Shown in pieces: positions 48,740 to 62,019 of a DNA stretch of 64,000 nt. The notes beneath the pieces were generated by a model. That model did no database searches, was not told where the DNA came from, and saw nothing but the letters and a program-made list of their open reading frames with translations. Source of the stretch: Tubulanus polymorphus (taxonomy: Eukaryota; Animalia; Nemertea); contig NC_134031.1 in NCBI RefSeq assembly GCF_964204645.1, forward strand, positions 12,402,088 to 12,466,087, read 5' to 3'. Positions within the stretch are counted from its first letter, which is position 1, and the number at the start of each line of letters is the position of its first letter. The translations under genes and the position numbers were made by a program.

Positions 48740-49148
48740 TGTGAATGACGATTTGATGAATGAGTAACTCTAGGATAGGATTACAGTCCTCTCGATTATC
48801 GCTCGCTGTGTGCACAGAGTTTGTGCGCTGAACCTGTTTGTATTGTATTTTGCATTTCTAAACTCTATGAACTTGTACAGTCTTTATTCTAAATCTCTCT
48901 TCTAGCACTATTTCTGTGCACTCTGCTGAGCACTGTTTTCATGCTAGGCCTATCTCCCTCTCTAAATCTCTCTTCTAGCACTATTTCTGTGCACTCTGCT
49001 GAGCACTGTTTTCACGCTATCTCCCTCCGATTTGTATATAAACCATGTGCTTGTAAATACATTTATTCCAAATAAAACCACGGTAAAAGGCAGATAGTTG
49101 TTGTCCTCATATTCTGGGACCTATTGAGTTGGCCGTCTTTATCCAACA
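48740..49148 (+). mobile_element. Solo LTR (409 bp), BEL/Pao- or Gypsy-like
   Basis: TGT...ACA; 5-bp TSD ctggg/ctgga; TATA ~49036; AATAAA ~49071; internal ~73-bp duplication; interrupts the LINE RT. Confidence 0.8.
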
Positions 49149-50635
49149 CTGGATATTAATGGCCCTGTGTTATTGAAAGATATGCATAGCTCAGTAAATT
49201 ATTCTGTTAAGCTTCCAAACGGTATCACAAAAAGTATCCCCTCAGCCCTCGGACTAAAACAAGGGCGTGTCATCAGCCCCTTATTGTTTAATTTGTTTAT
49301 TAACGACTTACCATCGTACCTTAGACATGATTGCTGTGAACCTGTCCAAATCCATGACAAATCTGTAAGTGTCATCATGTATGCTGATGACCTAGTGCTT
49401 ATATCTCGGTCAAAAAATGGTCTTCAATCAAGTCTGAATGATCTTGAGCACTTTTGTAGGACATGGAAACTTGAGGTTAATATAGCTAAGACTCAAGTAA
49501 TGATCTTCAACAAAAATGGCAAAGCTCTCAATAATAAAGGTAACAATTTCTTATTTTGATAACCAGGTACTCACTATTACTCAAAGATATAAATACCTCG
49601 GTTTGATCATGTCGTCATCAGGTTCTTTCACCTATGGGGTCGAGTCTCTATGCCAAAAGGCCTAGGTGACCTTTATGTTAAGAAACAAATTTCGGTCTTA
49701 CAATTGTTATGCAGCTCTACTATTAAAATTGATGTATGTGTAAAACCAATATTATTATATGCTGCAGAACTGTGGTCCGTATTTCACTTGAATGTCGAAT
49801 CTGTTAGTACTGATAGTTTTAAACTGGAAAGCCTATATGAAGCCTTCTTGCCTGAGCGAATTCATACAAAATTTTGTAAATACGTCTTGGGCGTTAATAG
49901 AAAGGCCTCCAACTTAGCCACTGAGGCTGATCTTGGCAGATTACCTTTGAGTATTACTGCCATTTGCCTCTCTATAAAGTATCGGCTCTCCATTAATAAA
50001 AAGCAACATGAAGGCCTTAATAGGCTTTCCGGTAAATGTATTATGAAAAATCTTTTGATGGCCAAATACGTCTCCTACTCAAAGTATTAGGTCTAGAATA
50101 TATGTGGCATAATAGAAGTACCTTTTCTATCCACAAAACCCTGAAAGTGATCAAAGAAAAACTAAGGTTCAGATATGAAGAGTACTTTTTCAAATTTATT
50201 AATGGTAACATTCGAAACAATAGTAACTCTGATAAACTAAGATTTTACTGCCTCTTAAAAAAGGAGTATAAAATGGAATCATATGTATCCCAGTGGAGTG
50301 CCGATAACTCCTTGGTATCTACATATGCAAGGCTACGTACCTCTAATCACATTTTAGAAATCGAACAAGGTAGATACAAAAAAACACCTGCTGACATGAG
50401 ATTATGTCCTTTCTGTCCAGGAGAGGTTGAGGATGAAATACATTTCATCACTTCATGTACCCTTTACACTAATAATAGAACTACTCTCTATGAAAAACTG
50501 CAAGACTTTCTGCCTGACTTCACTTCTCTTAATGATATAGACAAAGTATGTCTATTACTGGGCTCCAATGAAAGTGGCATAATCTCCCCAGCCTTGAAAT
50601 ACTTACACGAGTGTTACTGCTCTAGAAAAAACCAG

Positions 50636-50752
50636 GGCTCCAGTTCTACTACCTCAGTTTTGAGTTAGAGTTAACTCTGAATTCAGTTTAGTCTATTTTC
50701 AAAGAGTTAACTCTGATTCAAATCTTAACTCATGGCTCAGTGGAACTGGGCC
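50636..50752. mobile_element. PIF/Harbinger-like MITE
   Basis: gg(ct)ccagttc...gaactgggcc inverted termini; palindromic interior. Confidence 0.55.
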
Positions 50753-51489
50753 CATGTATCTATTACTATGTACTGAAGGTAATGAATGTATTATGGACCT
50801 TTGGTAAAATTTCCTTTTTGTGATAATGTTACTCTGCTCCAATAGATGGAGTAAGCTTCAGGTGTACAAGCTCCGTGTACAAACGCACCTTGTTAACTAA
50901 TAATAATTAGTTCCTGCCTGTAGTGTCACCAAAAGTATTCCTATATTTCTGTTCTGTGTGTCTTTAAATCCTTCTTAGAGTTTTTTTCTTTTTGTTGCAT
51001 GACTGTTATGTGTAGTTTTTAGTTTACTATTTTTGTATAATTTATTGTACCAAACCAATGTGAATGTTGTATTCATACGGATCAATAAAGTTTCTTTGAC
51101 TTTGACTTTCAAATTATTTTATTCATGTCTTTTGCTTGTGCCTGCCACCGATTTTTATAGGTTTTTAGAAAAAAAATCTCAAAGTGTAAAACAATATTGG
51201 GCCCAATATTGTTTGCCAACATGTAATGGATTTTGAGGACTACAACCACATGATGATCTCAAACACAAACAAATCATGGGTCTCAAAGGAAATTTAAAAA
51301 AAAACATTATTATTTACAAATACAAACGTCTACGTCAGGTTTCACTAATATCGTATTATCGGTTTTACTTATCGCGTATTAGGCCTATATGAAGCCAAGA
51401 AATTGGGCTCCAATTTGTGGAACCCATTTTACAATGCTGTTCTAAACGGTGTAGGCCTATTGATCAGCTATATGGGCCAATAGCGGGTG

Positions 51490-51745
51490 AAATACATCAT
51501 CGTTTCCAGTGCCAAAATCGGTATCTGTACATGTATTCATCTAAGTATAATGGCAACATGCTCGGAATGCAACCGTGTCGTTCCTTAATCTTCCCTTTCA
51601 CACTACCCAATATTCCTTCAATGGTGTTTGTACACACCCCGTCAGCACTTATGAATTCTTTCGAATCGTTCACAGTTCCGTGCCGATATCCACATCTTTC
51701 TAAACACCGATATGCACTCCACATGTCCGAATACACCGTCGCACC
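51490..51745 (-). pseudogene. Merlin (IS1595/ISXO2-like) transposase C-terminal fragment
   Basis: VYSDMWSAY...HGTVN.S..F....GVCTNTIEG...YLDEYMYR. Confidence 0.85.
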
Positions 51746-52530
51746 AGTTTAAAAACTTAGTTAACGTGGTTATAATTGAGGGCATGGAAAGAGCAGCAAG
51801 CAGGGCAAGTGAGTTTTCGAATAGCACTTATAGCACAAATTTCGCCATTGGCCGCCATTTCTGTGTATTGCATACATGTGGCATGATAGACAAGGTGACC
51901 TACAAGGATTTATATAAAACTTCCAAGACGAAACAACAATTTTTATTTTTGATGGTTTTCAAACATCTATTTCAAATCTTCGTGCTTTCCATGATAAATA
52001 ATGAAATAATAAATTCTGGATGAAGAAAAATGTGAATTATTAGTGTTGATTTCTTAATTTTTTCAATTTCGTCGTTTCGCTTCGTTAGTTTGTGCGTTGT
52101 CCAGGCCTCAGTCCATAGGTGCCAGCACCCTCCAGTAATTTTCAAAATGGCAGCTGTTGACTCAACGGAAATTTACTCTCACTTTACGGCCGATTTGCAC
52201 ATGGACTAAGATCGTTAGGTGAGGTGTTATAGGTATCAGACAAACTACGAATCTGTTGTGCGTCGATTACAACAAAAATTAGACGGATAACTTAAGAGAC
52301 AATGAAATGCCAGGCAAATTACTCGTCAGTCAAATTGGCTGACGAAGATTGCATACAAAAATGACCTTCCCATTCCTGACTGTGGTTTGTGAAAATATCC
52401 GATCATGAAACTAAACCACTGACAGGTTACTGACTACCTGGAGACCTGACTGGAGCTCTTGTCTTCTGTTAACCTGCCCATTTTTCTACCCGGAGACTCC
52501 CCAAACTACAACACAAACATCTGTGATGTT

Positions 52531-52968
52531 GGGTCATCCTTATTACCGAGATGACGTATTTTACCGAGATGAACCGAGATGAAATGAAATATAGCATATT
52601 TATTTATTCCTTATCGATTTTAACACTTGAAATCATGTTATATCAGTAATAAATACCTTCTAGAGTCATATTTTACATATTTTTTTTATTTAAAAAAATT
52701 TTGACTTCAAATACGTAAACTCGGTTAGCAATTAAATTTCATTGAATTTGATTGATTGACGATCTCATCTCAGTAAAGTTTAAAGTTATTTTTCTACAAA
52801 AATATCTGACAAAATATGTAAAATATGACTCCAGCAGGCATTTATTACTGATATAATATGATATCAATTGTTAAAATCGATAAGGAATAAAATAAATATG
52901 TTTGTTATATTTAATTTCATCTCGGTTGATCTCGGTAAAATACGTCATCTCAGTAATAAGGATGACCG
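52531..52968. mobile_element. Foldback MITE with ~180-bp TIRs
   Basis: ggtcatccttattaccgagatgacg... inverted at the right end; 8-bp TSD gtgatgtt/gttatgtt. Confidence 0.8.
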
Positions 52969-53132
52969 GTTATGTTATCTTCACGCATTAATTTCGTACT
53001 ATTTCGTACTTTGGACTAGGGCCGGGAAACTTTGAGATTTTCTGCCACATAGCCTGCAGCCTAGCCCTAGGGGCCTACCTAGGCCTATATTAAAAAGTTC
53101 ATTGAATTGAATTAAATAATCACCTCCAACAC

Positions 53133-53261
53133 CACAGGGGCTTGTCACAACTTGATAATGGGTGAATGGATGAGACCAGTTCTTTTTTATGGATACTGCA
53201 CTGGTACTACTGTAGTAAGTAGTATCATCCATTCATTATCAAGTTGTGACAAGCCCCTGTG
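53133..53261. mobile_element. Small CAC...GTG MITE
   Basis: cacaggggcttgtcacaacttgataatg perfect inverted repeat; flanked by AC on both sides. Confidence 0.75.
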
Positions 53262-53657
53262 ACGGTGTCCAACACCAACCACCTCAGAATATTTTCTTAC
53301 TTGTGGTAATTAAAGCCCGAATAATCCAATTTCCAGTCCATCGTAAAGAGTTGAGAGTGTAAGGCCTACAGTTGGTACCGATTGAGTCCGTGCTCAAACT
53401 AAATCCGATTCTATTCAATTCAATTCAATATTTACATATGGAAAAGCCGGCGATAACGGGTTTTCTGCATTAATATTTCCAATAAAAAGGGTAGCTCCAA
53501 GCATATCCAAATCTCGATCAAGAACTATGTTCAATTTAGTAAGTAGACTGGTTGCCGGTCTCTACCTTCAGTTAGAGATGTCACAACCCAAGTGGCAATC
53601 GGTCGTCATTAGTTCCAAGACGAGTTGTCGATGACGTCATACGTAAATAATAACAAG

Positions 53658-53955
53658 AGGCGTTTTTACGAGCATCCGATTTTTGCGATCGATTTCGTGA
53701 ACGATTTGCTCCGATCGCGCGATCGAATCGAACGTTCGTAAAAATAACGATGGATTTGGCAGCACATGATATAAATATGGTGACGTTGAGAAAAAGTTGT
53801 ATCGTTATGAACTACCCGGTGCCGCCATCTTGGAAATCAAATCGCCAAATCGCTCGCCGAGCGAGTTGGTCGATTTCAAAAATCGATCGGAAAATCGTGT
53901 TCGTAAATGCGTTCCTACGATCGATCGCAAAAATCGGATGCTCGTAAAAACGCCT
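53658..53955. mobile_element. Palindromic MITE inserted in the left TIR of 53601-56768
   Basis: aggcgtttttacgagcatccgatttttgcgatcgat perfect inverted repeat. Confidence 0.8.
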
Positions 53956-54590
53956 ATAACCACATGCGTGCATGATGAGGGGAACAAATTCAAATACAAA
54001 GACTTTATTTAACCAATTCTGTGCGCCGAATTGCATAATCATAAACAAATTACTGCAATCTTTTCCTCCGTTATCATCTTTTGATGATTCTTTGTTCAAC
54101 ATTATTCAAAAAGGAATATCCACTGGTATGTAAATAAACAAAATGAATTATTTACTTACATAACTTTCTTGCAAGGTCGACTTATAACGATAAAATCAAA
54201 TACAACTCTATCTAGTAGGCTAGTGATCTAATTATATGGAGCCTTTCTCCTGGGATCCAATCATCAAATTGAAGAATGAATGAAGACGTGTTTTGTTATT
54301 ACAGTCATACCAGTTTAACACAGTTGAACTCCAAAAAGATCGAAAGTTCTAATTCAATTATTCAATTCGTCTTAAATTTAGTATGATACGTGAAACTCTA
54401 GCTTCAAATCTGCTTAAGAAAAATATCAATTCAAAACCCTGTCCTATTTTAGTATTATGAACCAACTGATAACTTATCATTAGAGATACCAGGAAAAAAA
54501 AACGTAAAACACGAAACAAAACATTTTTTATTTTTTCTTCTTGAAGCCTTATTACAGTCATAGAATTCTATTCTGACCACCTCGGAGTAA

Positions 54591-56515
54591 TTTAACAACA
54601 CTAAATGTCAATCATAATTGTTGTATACATTTCGTCTATATTCTATATTCCTTTAATGTTTAAATGTTTACGTGTAATAGCTCTTTGTTTCTTGAGACAG
54701 TTTGTCTGTGTCTAATGCATTAATTGTTGTTTGTCTCACTGATATGTAACTACTCGTCACCTTTGTTTTTATATAATTTTCCATGTCTCCACCTGTCTTG
54801 AATCTGTGTTATATAGGCCTAAAAAGCTATGTGTAAAAATAAAGTCAGTTCCAGTTTTGGTATTCCAAACTGATAGTTCGCTCGTTACTCTTTCGCTCTG
54901 TTCCAGATTTCCGACGTCGACCATTCTTCGAGAATAGGACTGAATATAGCTTTGCTAAATTGGTGGTTGAACCGGGCACGACTCTGTACCTACAGAAAAA
55001 AAGCTCTACCAAGTTCCTCAAGTGCACTACAACAAAAGATGAATTCTCTTCCACAAGCCGTGATCGTAGCTCTGCAAGAAGCTGGTTATTCAGGCAAGCC
55101 AAAATCTTGGAGCATCCATACAGATGAAGGAAGCATCCGAGTAAACTTGACATGGGGTCAACAGAATGAGTTTCAGTCTCGATCGAAACCGCGTTGGATT
55201 AAACCACCTTCTACACTGAGGAGAGATCAACAGAGAATGCAGGATTTCATCACCAAAAGAAGGGCACAGGAAAATAATCGCCCTGAATCGAAGACTTCTG
55301 AAACCTCTGCCATGGTCAGTACAGCTAGTGTTATATGTAAACCGTTGACCGTGAATTCTGCTGCCATGGCTGTCTGTTCTACGAAATATGCTGATACCCA
55401 AACCAATTGTAAGTTGATTTCTCTTGAAGTTGTGTCTGAGCGAGAGAACTCTCTCAGAAAAGATTTTGAGAGAGTGTCAAATGATCTAAGTGACCTCGCT
55501 ACGGAAATAAGTGCGAAAAATAAAACAATCGAAGGACAACTGAAAGAGATATATGGATTGCAATCAAAGGTAGACAAGTTAAAGATGCGTATTAGTACTG
55601 CCAGTGATAATGATATGAAATCATCTCAAAATACCGATAAAACAGTAGCGGATATCGGTATTCAATGTGCAGGCGTACCACCGAAAATTATGGCTGCGAA
55701 AAAAACCAGCTAAACGAATGTACGAAGTTCGAGTACAAGATCCGACATCGCAAAAGTACGCTGAATTTAGTGTTACTTGGCAGCAACCTCTTTCATAAGT
55801 TTTCAATGATACATGGAATTTATACGATTTAAACATAATAGCTTTTACGTATCGGGACCCGAGAAGCAAGAAATCTTTGGATATTGAATGTAACAATTCT
55901 TTGAAATCTTTGAGTGATTTAGGGATCCTCCACCAGTTATGGGATAAGAAGGGACGAAATATTATCTGGTTAGGAATGCGTTTAGACATTAAGTGATTAC
56001 TGTTGACTGTGTTTTTTATTATGATAATTATCAAATATGTATTCATAATTATTCCATAGCTGAGAGATTGTATACTCATATTCTTATAAAATGATACATA
56101 ATTTTCCTTTTGTTTTCGGGGACGAAAACTTTCAGAACGTAGTGGGGGAGGATTTAACAACACTAAATGTCAATCATAATTGTTGCATACATTTCATCTA
56201 TATTCTATATTCCTTTAATGTTTAAATGTTTACGTGTAATAGCTCTTTGTTTCTTGAGACAGTTTGTCTGTGTCTAATGCGTTAATTGTTGTTTGTCTCA
56301 CTGTCATGTCACTACTCGTCACCTTTGTTTTTATATCATTTTCCATGTCTCCACCTGTCTTGAATCTGTGTTATATAAATAGCTATGTGTAAAAATAAAG
56401 TCAGTTCCAGTTTTGGTATTCCAAATTGATAGTTCGCTCGTTACTCTTTCGCTCTGTTCCGGATTTCCGACGTCAACCATTCTTAGAGAATAGGACTGAA
56501 TATAGCTTTGCTAAA
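54591..56515 (+). mobile_element. Non-autonomous LTR retroelement with TTTA...TAAA termini
   Basis: Direct repeats 54591-54959 and 56153-56515; PBS-like tggtggttgaaccggg at 54961; PPT agtgggggagga at 56141-56152; 4-bp TSD GTAA. Confidence 0.85.
55039..55713 (+). CDS. Orphan coiled-coil protein inside the LTR element
   Basis: Intact ORF from ATG 55039 (MNSLPQ...SWSI...VNLTW...KPPSTLRRD) with C-terminal heptads; no gag/pol motifs. Confidence 0.65.
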   Translation: MNSLPQAVIVALQEAGYSGKPKSWSIHTDEGSIRVNLTWGQQNEFQSRSKPRWIKPPSTLRRDQQRMQDFITKRRAQENNRPESKTSETSAMVSTASVICKPLTVNSAAMAVCSTKYADTQTNCKLISLEVVSERENSLRKDFERVSNDLSDLATEISAKNKTIEGQLKEIYGLQSKVDKLKMRISTASDNDMKSSQNTDKTVADIGIQCAGVPPKIMAAKKTS

Positions 56516-56869
56516 GTAATCCGACTGATTACTCCAAGAGCTCACCCGCACCGTCTCTTGCAATACAGGGAAGAATGGATTGAAAAAGGATGTTTTTGTT
56601 CAACTGCCTGTGCTTTCTGGTCCTAATAAGACTTTTATCATGTATGTACCACCAAAACTGACAGGCCACCATCTGATCACGATCTGGTACACGGAGTATA
56701 CGAACGTGGTTATGTTATTATTTATATATGACGTCATCGAAAAACTCGTCTTGGAACTAATGACGACCGTGGCAATCACCCCGTATTCAAACTATTATAA
56801 ATTGAAGATTTCAAAGGTGGCACGATGATTTGTTTGCGGGCCGCCTACCGAATTTACCAATAATCCCTT

Positions 56870-57785
56870 AATGTGAAATTAAACCAGTGATGTCCAGCTC
56901 AGAGACTCGAAATTTACACAAACACTTGTGAAATTAAAAGGGCCATGATTTCAGTTCAGAAACACGGAATTTACCTATAAATCACTCGTGAAATACGATG
57001 ATTTCAGCTCCAGAAATGTAACTGTGTGACATCGCTCTCTTGAAAAGAATCATTTGTTGTTCTGGGCCCAGTTTCACAAAAGGGTTCAACTTTTAAATTG
57101 ATTTAATTTCTTCATTAATTCAGTTTATCTTAAATCGATTTCTAGGCCTAAGTTAATCCTTTTTGTGAAACTGGGGACTGGTGAGTTGTGTGTGATCCTA
57201 TTGTCTCGGTTCAAGAAGCTTATTGTCCCCTATTACAGCGGTGATCCCTGATATAGCCATAAGAATACCCCGAGGACAATTGTTACAGAAACTCGGAATT
57301 TATACCTAAAAAGTCACTTGCGAAATTAAAAGAGCGATCATTTCAGCTCTGAAACTCGGAAAATACCTACAAAAGTCACTTGCGAAATGAAAAGAGCGAT
57401 CAATTCAGCTCAGAAACTCAGAATATACCTACAAAAGTCACTTGCGAAATGAAAAGAGTGATAATTTCAGCTCAGAAACTCGGAATTTAGCTACAAAGTC
57501 GCTTGCGAAATTAAAAGAGCGATGATTTCAGGTCAGAAACTCGGAAAATACCTAAAAAGTCACTTGCGAAATTCATTTCAGCTCAGAAACTCGGAATTTA
57601 CATACAAAATCACTTGCGAAATTAAAAGGGCGATGATTTCAGCTCAAAAACTCGGAAAATACTTAAAAAGTCACTTGCGAAATTAAAAGAGCGATTATTT
57701 CAGCTCAGAAACTCGGAAAATACCTGAAAAGTCACTTGCGGAAATAAAAGGGCGATGATTTCAATTCAGAAACAAGGAATTTACG
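56870..57785 (+). repeat. ~60-bp satellite (about 8 clear copies 57288-57785, degenerate copies upstream)
   Basis: aagtcacttgcgaaattaaaagagcgatgatttcagctcagaaactcggaa units. Confidence 0.9.
57065..57177. mobile_element. PIF/Harbinger-like MITE
   Basis: ggcccagtttcacaaaa...ttttgtgaaactgggga; 3-bp TSD CTG. Confidence 0.75.
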
Positions 57786-59358
57786 TTGTCGGATACCGGT
57801 ACTCGCTTATATCACGATCACATTTATATCACATGAATACTGATGGTCCAGAATTTTCTCCTCTTTTCTCTTTTCTGTTCCGACCCTTTTTTTCTGGCTG
57901 TAAATCGATGATCCATTTCAACAGTCGTTATTCTAGTTGTGAGAGTATATTGGAAAAAATAAACCCGAAATATTTCAGTATTTTTAATCATATCTTGTAG
58001 ATATGGATTAAATTTTTCCGTTTACAGAAATTAATTGGAAGTCGTATAGTTTTTGGAAACGGCTGGAAATCGGAATTTTTCGAAGTCGAAGGATTTGACT
58101 TGGTCCCAAAAGATCCAACTTACGGAAGGCTTTTAAACTTCGGATAAACCGTCGAAATCACTTTTCAATTGTAAAACTAGTTATTCATAGCTCAGGAAGT
58201 CGGAAGAAACCCCACTTCATCTCTCTTTACAGATTTTGGCACTGGAAATTATTTTTTTAAATGTGTTTTAGCTACCCCACTTAACAACGAGTCAATATGT
58301 TTAATGGATGGCTGAATTTTTAAATGTTGATGCTATGTATGTTGCGCTCATCTTAATCACTTTTCTTAACATTTAGGCTAAGTAACATCACGATGTGAAT
58401 GCATTACATGTCATATTATGATTGAAACAATAAAAATAAATTCATGCTTTAAAATATTTCGTGTGGGGCTTACGTCGAGTACTTCAGTAATTATCATTAA
58501 ATGATATGATAGAATGCCAGAAAAATGCATGATATGTGTAGGGCTGAACAGGTCATTCATATGTTGGGCTCTGCATCAAAGATCTGGTCTGCAGCAGCGA
58601 TGTGGGGCCTCGAGATATTGCATTAGAAGCCTTGGCAGTACATAGAAATCGATCTGCAGTCTGGGCCGACCACAATTAGATATTTTTCCTTCTATATATT
58701 TGAGATATTCGCCCAACGGTGTTGTCTTCCAGTCAAAACTATACATGCATAAACTACTCAACTAAAATGTTGAACTAAAACCCAATACGATAACGTGAAC
58801 TTCGGAAATTGATGTCGGGGAATTTTACATATGTAGGCCCTAGTCGTATAAGGAATCAAGTATGCTGCATCGAATCGATCCTATTCCTTTTCAGCAATGG
58901 AAATACAACGCTATGGTCTTATTTGAAAATATCTTTATTGACATGTAAATATGCACAAAATCTGTAGAGATATGATTAATTCTCGATGACTACAACATTA
59001 ATACATATGTGTCAAACCTACGATGGAGAACCGAAACATTTTTTTCTCAACTATTTTTTCATTTTCTGACTGGTCCCCTGTTGTACAACCATGGACTCTT
59101 AGAGACAACATGCCATGCAACAGAAATAATCTATACTCACAATGGTTGTTACGTGGTATGGCATTGATGAATATTCCGACACTTTTGATAATTACAGCAC
59201 AAAATTAATCTTTTACACGGGGGTCATTTTAAACTATGTACGATATACATGTACCTGAGGTTGATAGAAATTCGAAAATAACTGAATCTACATGGGGGAA
59301 TCAATATATACCTTGTAGACAAATGGCCATTTAACATCATTATCAATACATAACATGG

Positions 59359-59577
59359 TACTGTTTTAGGATCTAATATAATAAATTTATTATTTCTAGT
59401 AATATTTCTATCATAAGTTTGATTAAATTCATATGTTGGACAAAATAATACTATATTATCAAAATAGTTTTTATAAACAGTTTCTAATAAATTTAATATA
59501 AAATAAGTTTTTCCACAATTTGTTATGCCAGAAATTAACATATTATGAGGCTCAAATATAAATAATTCCTTATTCAT
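59359..59577 (-). pseudogene. Packaging ATPase, truncated after ILDPKTV
   Basis: GITNCGKT Walker A; homology to 7101-7712 stops at ~59359. Confidence 0.88.
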
Positions 59578-60705
59578 TTATATATTTTTAATTTTACTTG
59601 ATAATATCCATTCATTGAATTTATCTGGCCATCCAACCCATTTTACTAAAGAATATTTTTTTCATTTAACAGTTTTTGTTTTTAATACTTTTTCAATTTT
59701 ATGTTCTTGTTCTAGATTTTCAGTGGTTAAACTTAATTCTTCTTCGTAAAAGTAACCATCAACTTCTTCACCATTTAAATCTTCTAATTTATAGACATAT
59801 GGTTTTGTTGTTATTACCTTTTTTATTTTATATATTTCTCTAGTAAAATTTCGATCGTATCCCTTGTAAAATATCTTTTTATACTTGGAAATTATAACAT
59901 TTTGACCAACTTTAAATCTAGGTTCACCAAAATCATCTACAAGAAATGCTCCATATAAATTATTCCAAACAATTTCAGCATTTTCAGGTTTTCTAGCATC
60001 GATAGGTTTCATTCCAATAGAAGAATGATAAGAATTATTATATCCTTCTATCAATTTTGGTAAAAGATCAATCCATTTAAAAGTATTATTTGCTGTGAAA
60101 TATTTCCACATTCTTGTTCTTAATGTTCTATTAAATCGTTCAACAACTGCTGCTTTTTTATCCGATTTTGTTGAAAAATATTTAATATTATGATTGTCTA
60201 AGAGTTCATGAACAAGTGAATTATCAAATTCTTTTCCATCATCAAATTGTATTCTTTCTGGTTTTAGTTTATCATCCGAAAGAAATTTTCTTAAAACATT
60301 TGATGTTTGTGCAGCATCTTTTCTGTAAAGTGGGAAGCTCCATACATAACGACTAAAATATCAATTTTATTCAATATTCACCAATAATCATCATTATCTT
60401 TCTTAACATTTTTCATATCAATTAAATCTCCTTGCCACTGTTGATCTACATAACTTACCATAGTTTTACGAGTTTTATATTTTCTAACAATTTTTTTATG
60501 TGTTGTATATGTTGGTTGTTCTAACATAAATTCATTTATATCTTTATATTTAACTAAATTTTGTGGGATTATCTTATATAATTTATCTTGTTTTACTTGA
60601 CGCCATATATTTTTGGTAGAAGAATAAGCAACCGAACTCTCAGGGTTGTAATATAAATTTCTTAAATATTGTTCTTTAGTATTAGGAGTTTTTTTTACCG
60701 CCCAT
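59578..60705 (-). pseudogene. Chromodomain integrase, frameshifted
   Basis: WQGDL, IQFDDGKEF, VVERFNRTLR, LVKWVGW..KFNEWI. Confidence 0.9.
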
Positions 60706-60735
60706 TTATATATCCTTAATTTTAACTTTATATTT

Positions 60736-61989
60736 CTAATATTGAATACTATCTAATTGTGAATTTACAATATTTAATTGTGCGTCAGATATAATATAAA
60801 TGTGCATTTTGAAATTTTTGTCTCCTCTTTTCTTTGCCATGAATAATTGTATTCCATCTTTAGTATTTTGTAGTTTTTTCCCAGAACCATGTAATGAATT
60901 ATCCTCTGTTGTTCTAAAATCTAACCATAATGCATATTTATTGCCGGTATAATAATCAATTTGATTAATATTACAATTTTCAGATGATTTTACTTTTTCA
61001 TTCATAAAATGTTTTCTAATTTCTGGCCATTGATTCTGGCCAATCATTCTCATTCCTTGACAAAATATTTTATTTGCTATTCCTTCGATAGTTATTTCTA
61101 CTTTTGTTATTTCAGGATTATAATAATTATCAACCTTTATTGCGCCATTAGAATATGTTGCAATGGTAAAAAATATTAATATACCTTTAATAGATCTTCT
61201 TGGGAAGTTAATATTCTCATTAATTATTTCATCATTTGCATTAATAGTTACAGTTTTAAATTTATCAATATAATCAGATAATAATGAAAATCCTTGATTG
61301 TATTGTGTTTGAATTGTGTTAGCAATATTTTCATTAGTTACTGTATTATATTCTAAACATATATTCGATAATTTATAACCCATATCTTTAACAACGCTAG
61401 ATAATACAATTTCATTTACGGGAGCAAATGTTATCTCAAATATAATATCTTCTTGAATTACATATTTATATAAAGGGTGCATTATTATTTATCAATTCAA
61501 AGTCTAATGGAATTTTATATTTGCTTCCATAAATCTTTTTAATCAAATTATCTACGTCATTAGTTACTACTGCATTATTGGCTCCTGATCTTAATTTATT
61601 ATGGTTTTCCGATTGAATGCCTTGAAATATCATATTATTTCTATTTTCTTTAGTTAACCATAAATCTTTATAATGCGTAAGTAAATTATAATCATCTAAT
61701 GAGAAAACTGTTTCTGGACAAATCTTTATAGTTAATTTTTTAATCAAATATCTCCCAACATTATCGACAACATAATTATTATCATGACCAGTTACTTTTA
61801 TATCGGCTGATAAATAAATACTATTTGGAACATAAAAGTATTTTGTGTTAATCTAGGAATTCTAACATATAAAGTTTCATCGGGATTAATATTTGAAGGA
61901 TTATGAGTAATTATATGATGTGAGCTTTCTGCTTTAATAGCATTAGATATTCTAGAAATCTTAGAAGGACTTATATAACTCCCACTCAT
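60736..61989 (-). pseudogene. Major capsid protein, frameshifted
   Basis: Highly similar to 9020-10265. Confidence 0.8.
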
Positions 61990-62019
61990 TTATTTAACAA
62001 AATAATTAATTATTTATTT

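Larger units (their letters stand above)
39815..51109 (+). mobile_element. RTEX-like LINE (SGNH-esterase ORF1 plus APE-RT ORF2), interrupted by three insertions
   Basis: ORF1 IIHTGINDL (~39915); APE SCWNV, GGIL, FIWVKL, IMGDLNA, FSDH; RT YRGIA, GLKQG, MYADD; C-terminal CPFC...EDEIHF...C; AATAAA plus (ctttga)n tail. Confidence 0.85.
53601..56768. mobile_element. Non-autonomous DNA transposon (MULE/Merlin-like) carrying nested elements
   Basis: TIR ggtcgtcattagttccaagacgagtt...; perfect 9-bp TSD gtggcaatc (53592-53600, 56769-56777). Confidence 0.85.

Noticed and set aside
55090-56163. Minus-strand ORFs in the LTR element interior
   Set aside because: Shadows of the plus-strand ORF or low-information frames running into the LTR.
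56870-57785. Regular ~60-bp repeats as a CRISPR array
   Set aside because: The whole unit repeats with no unique spacers; no cas genes; eukaryotic context.
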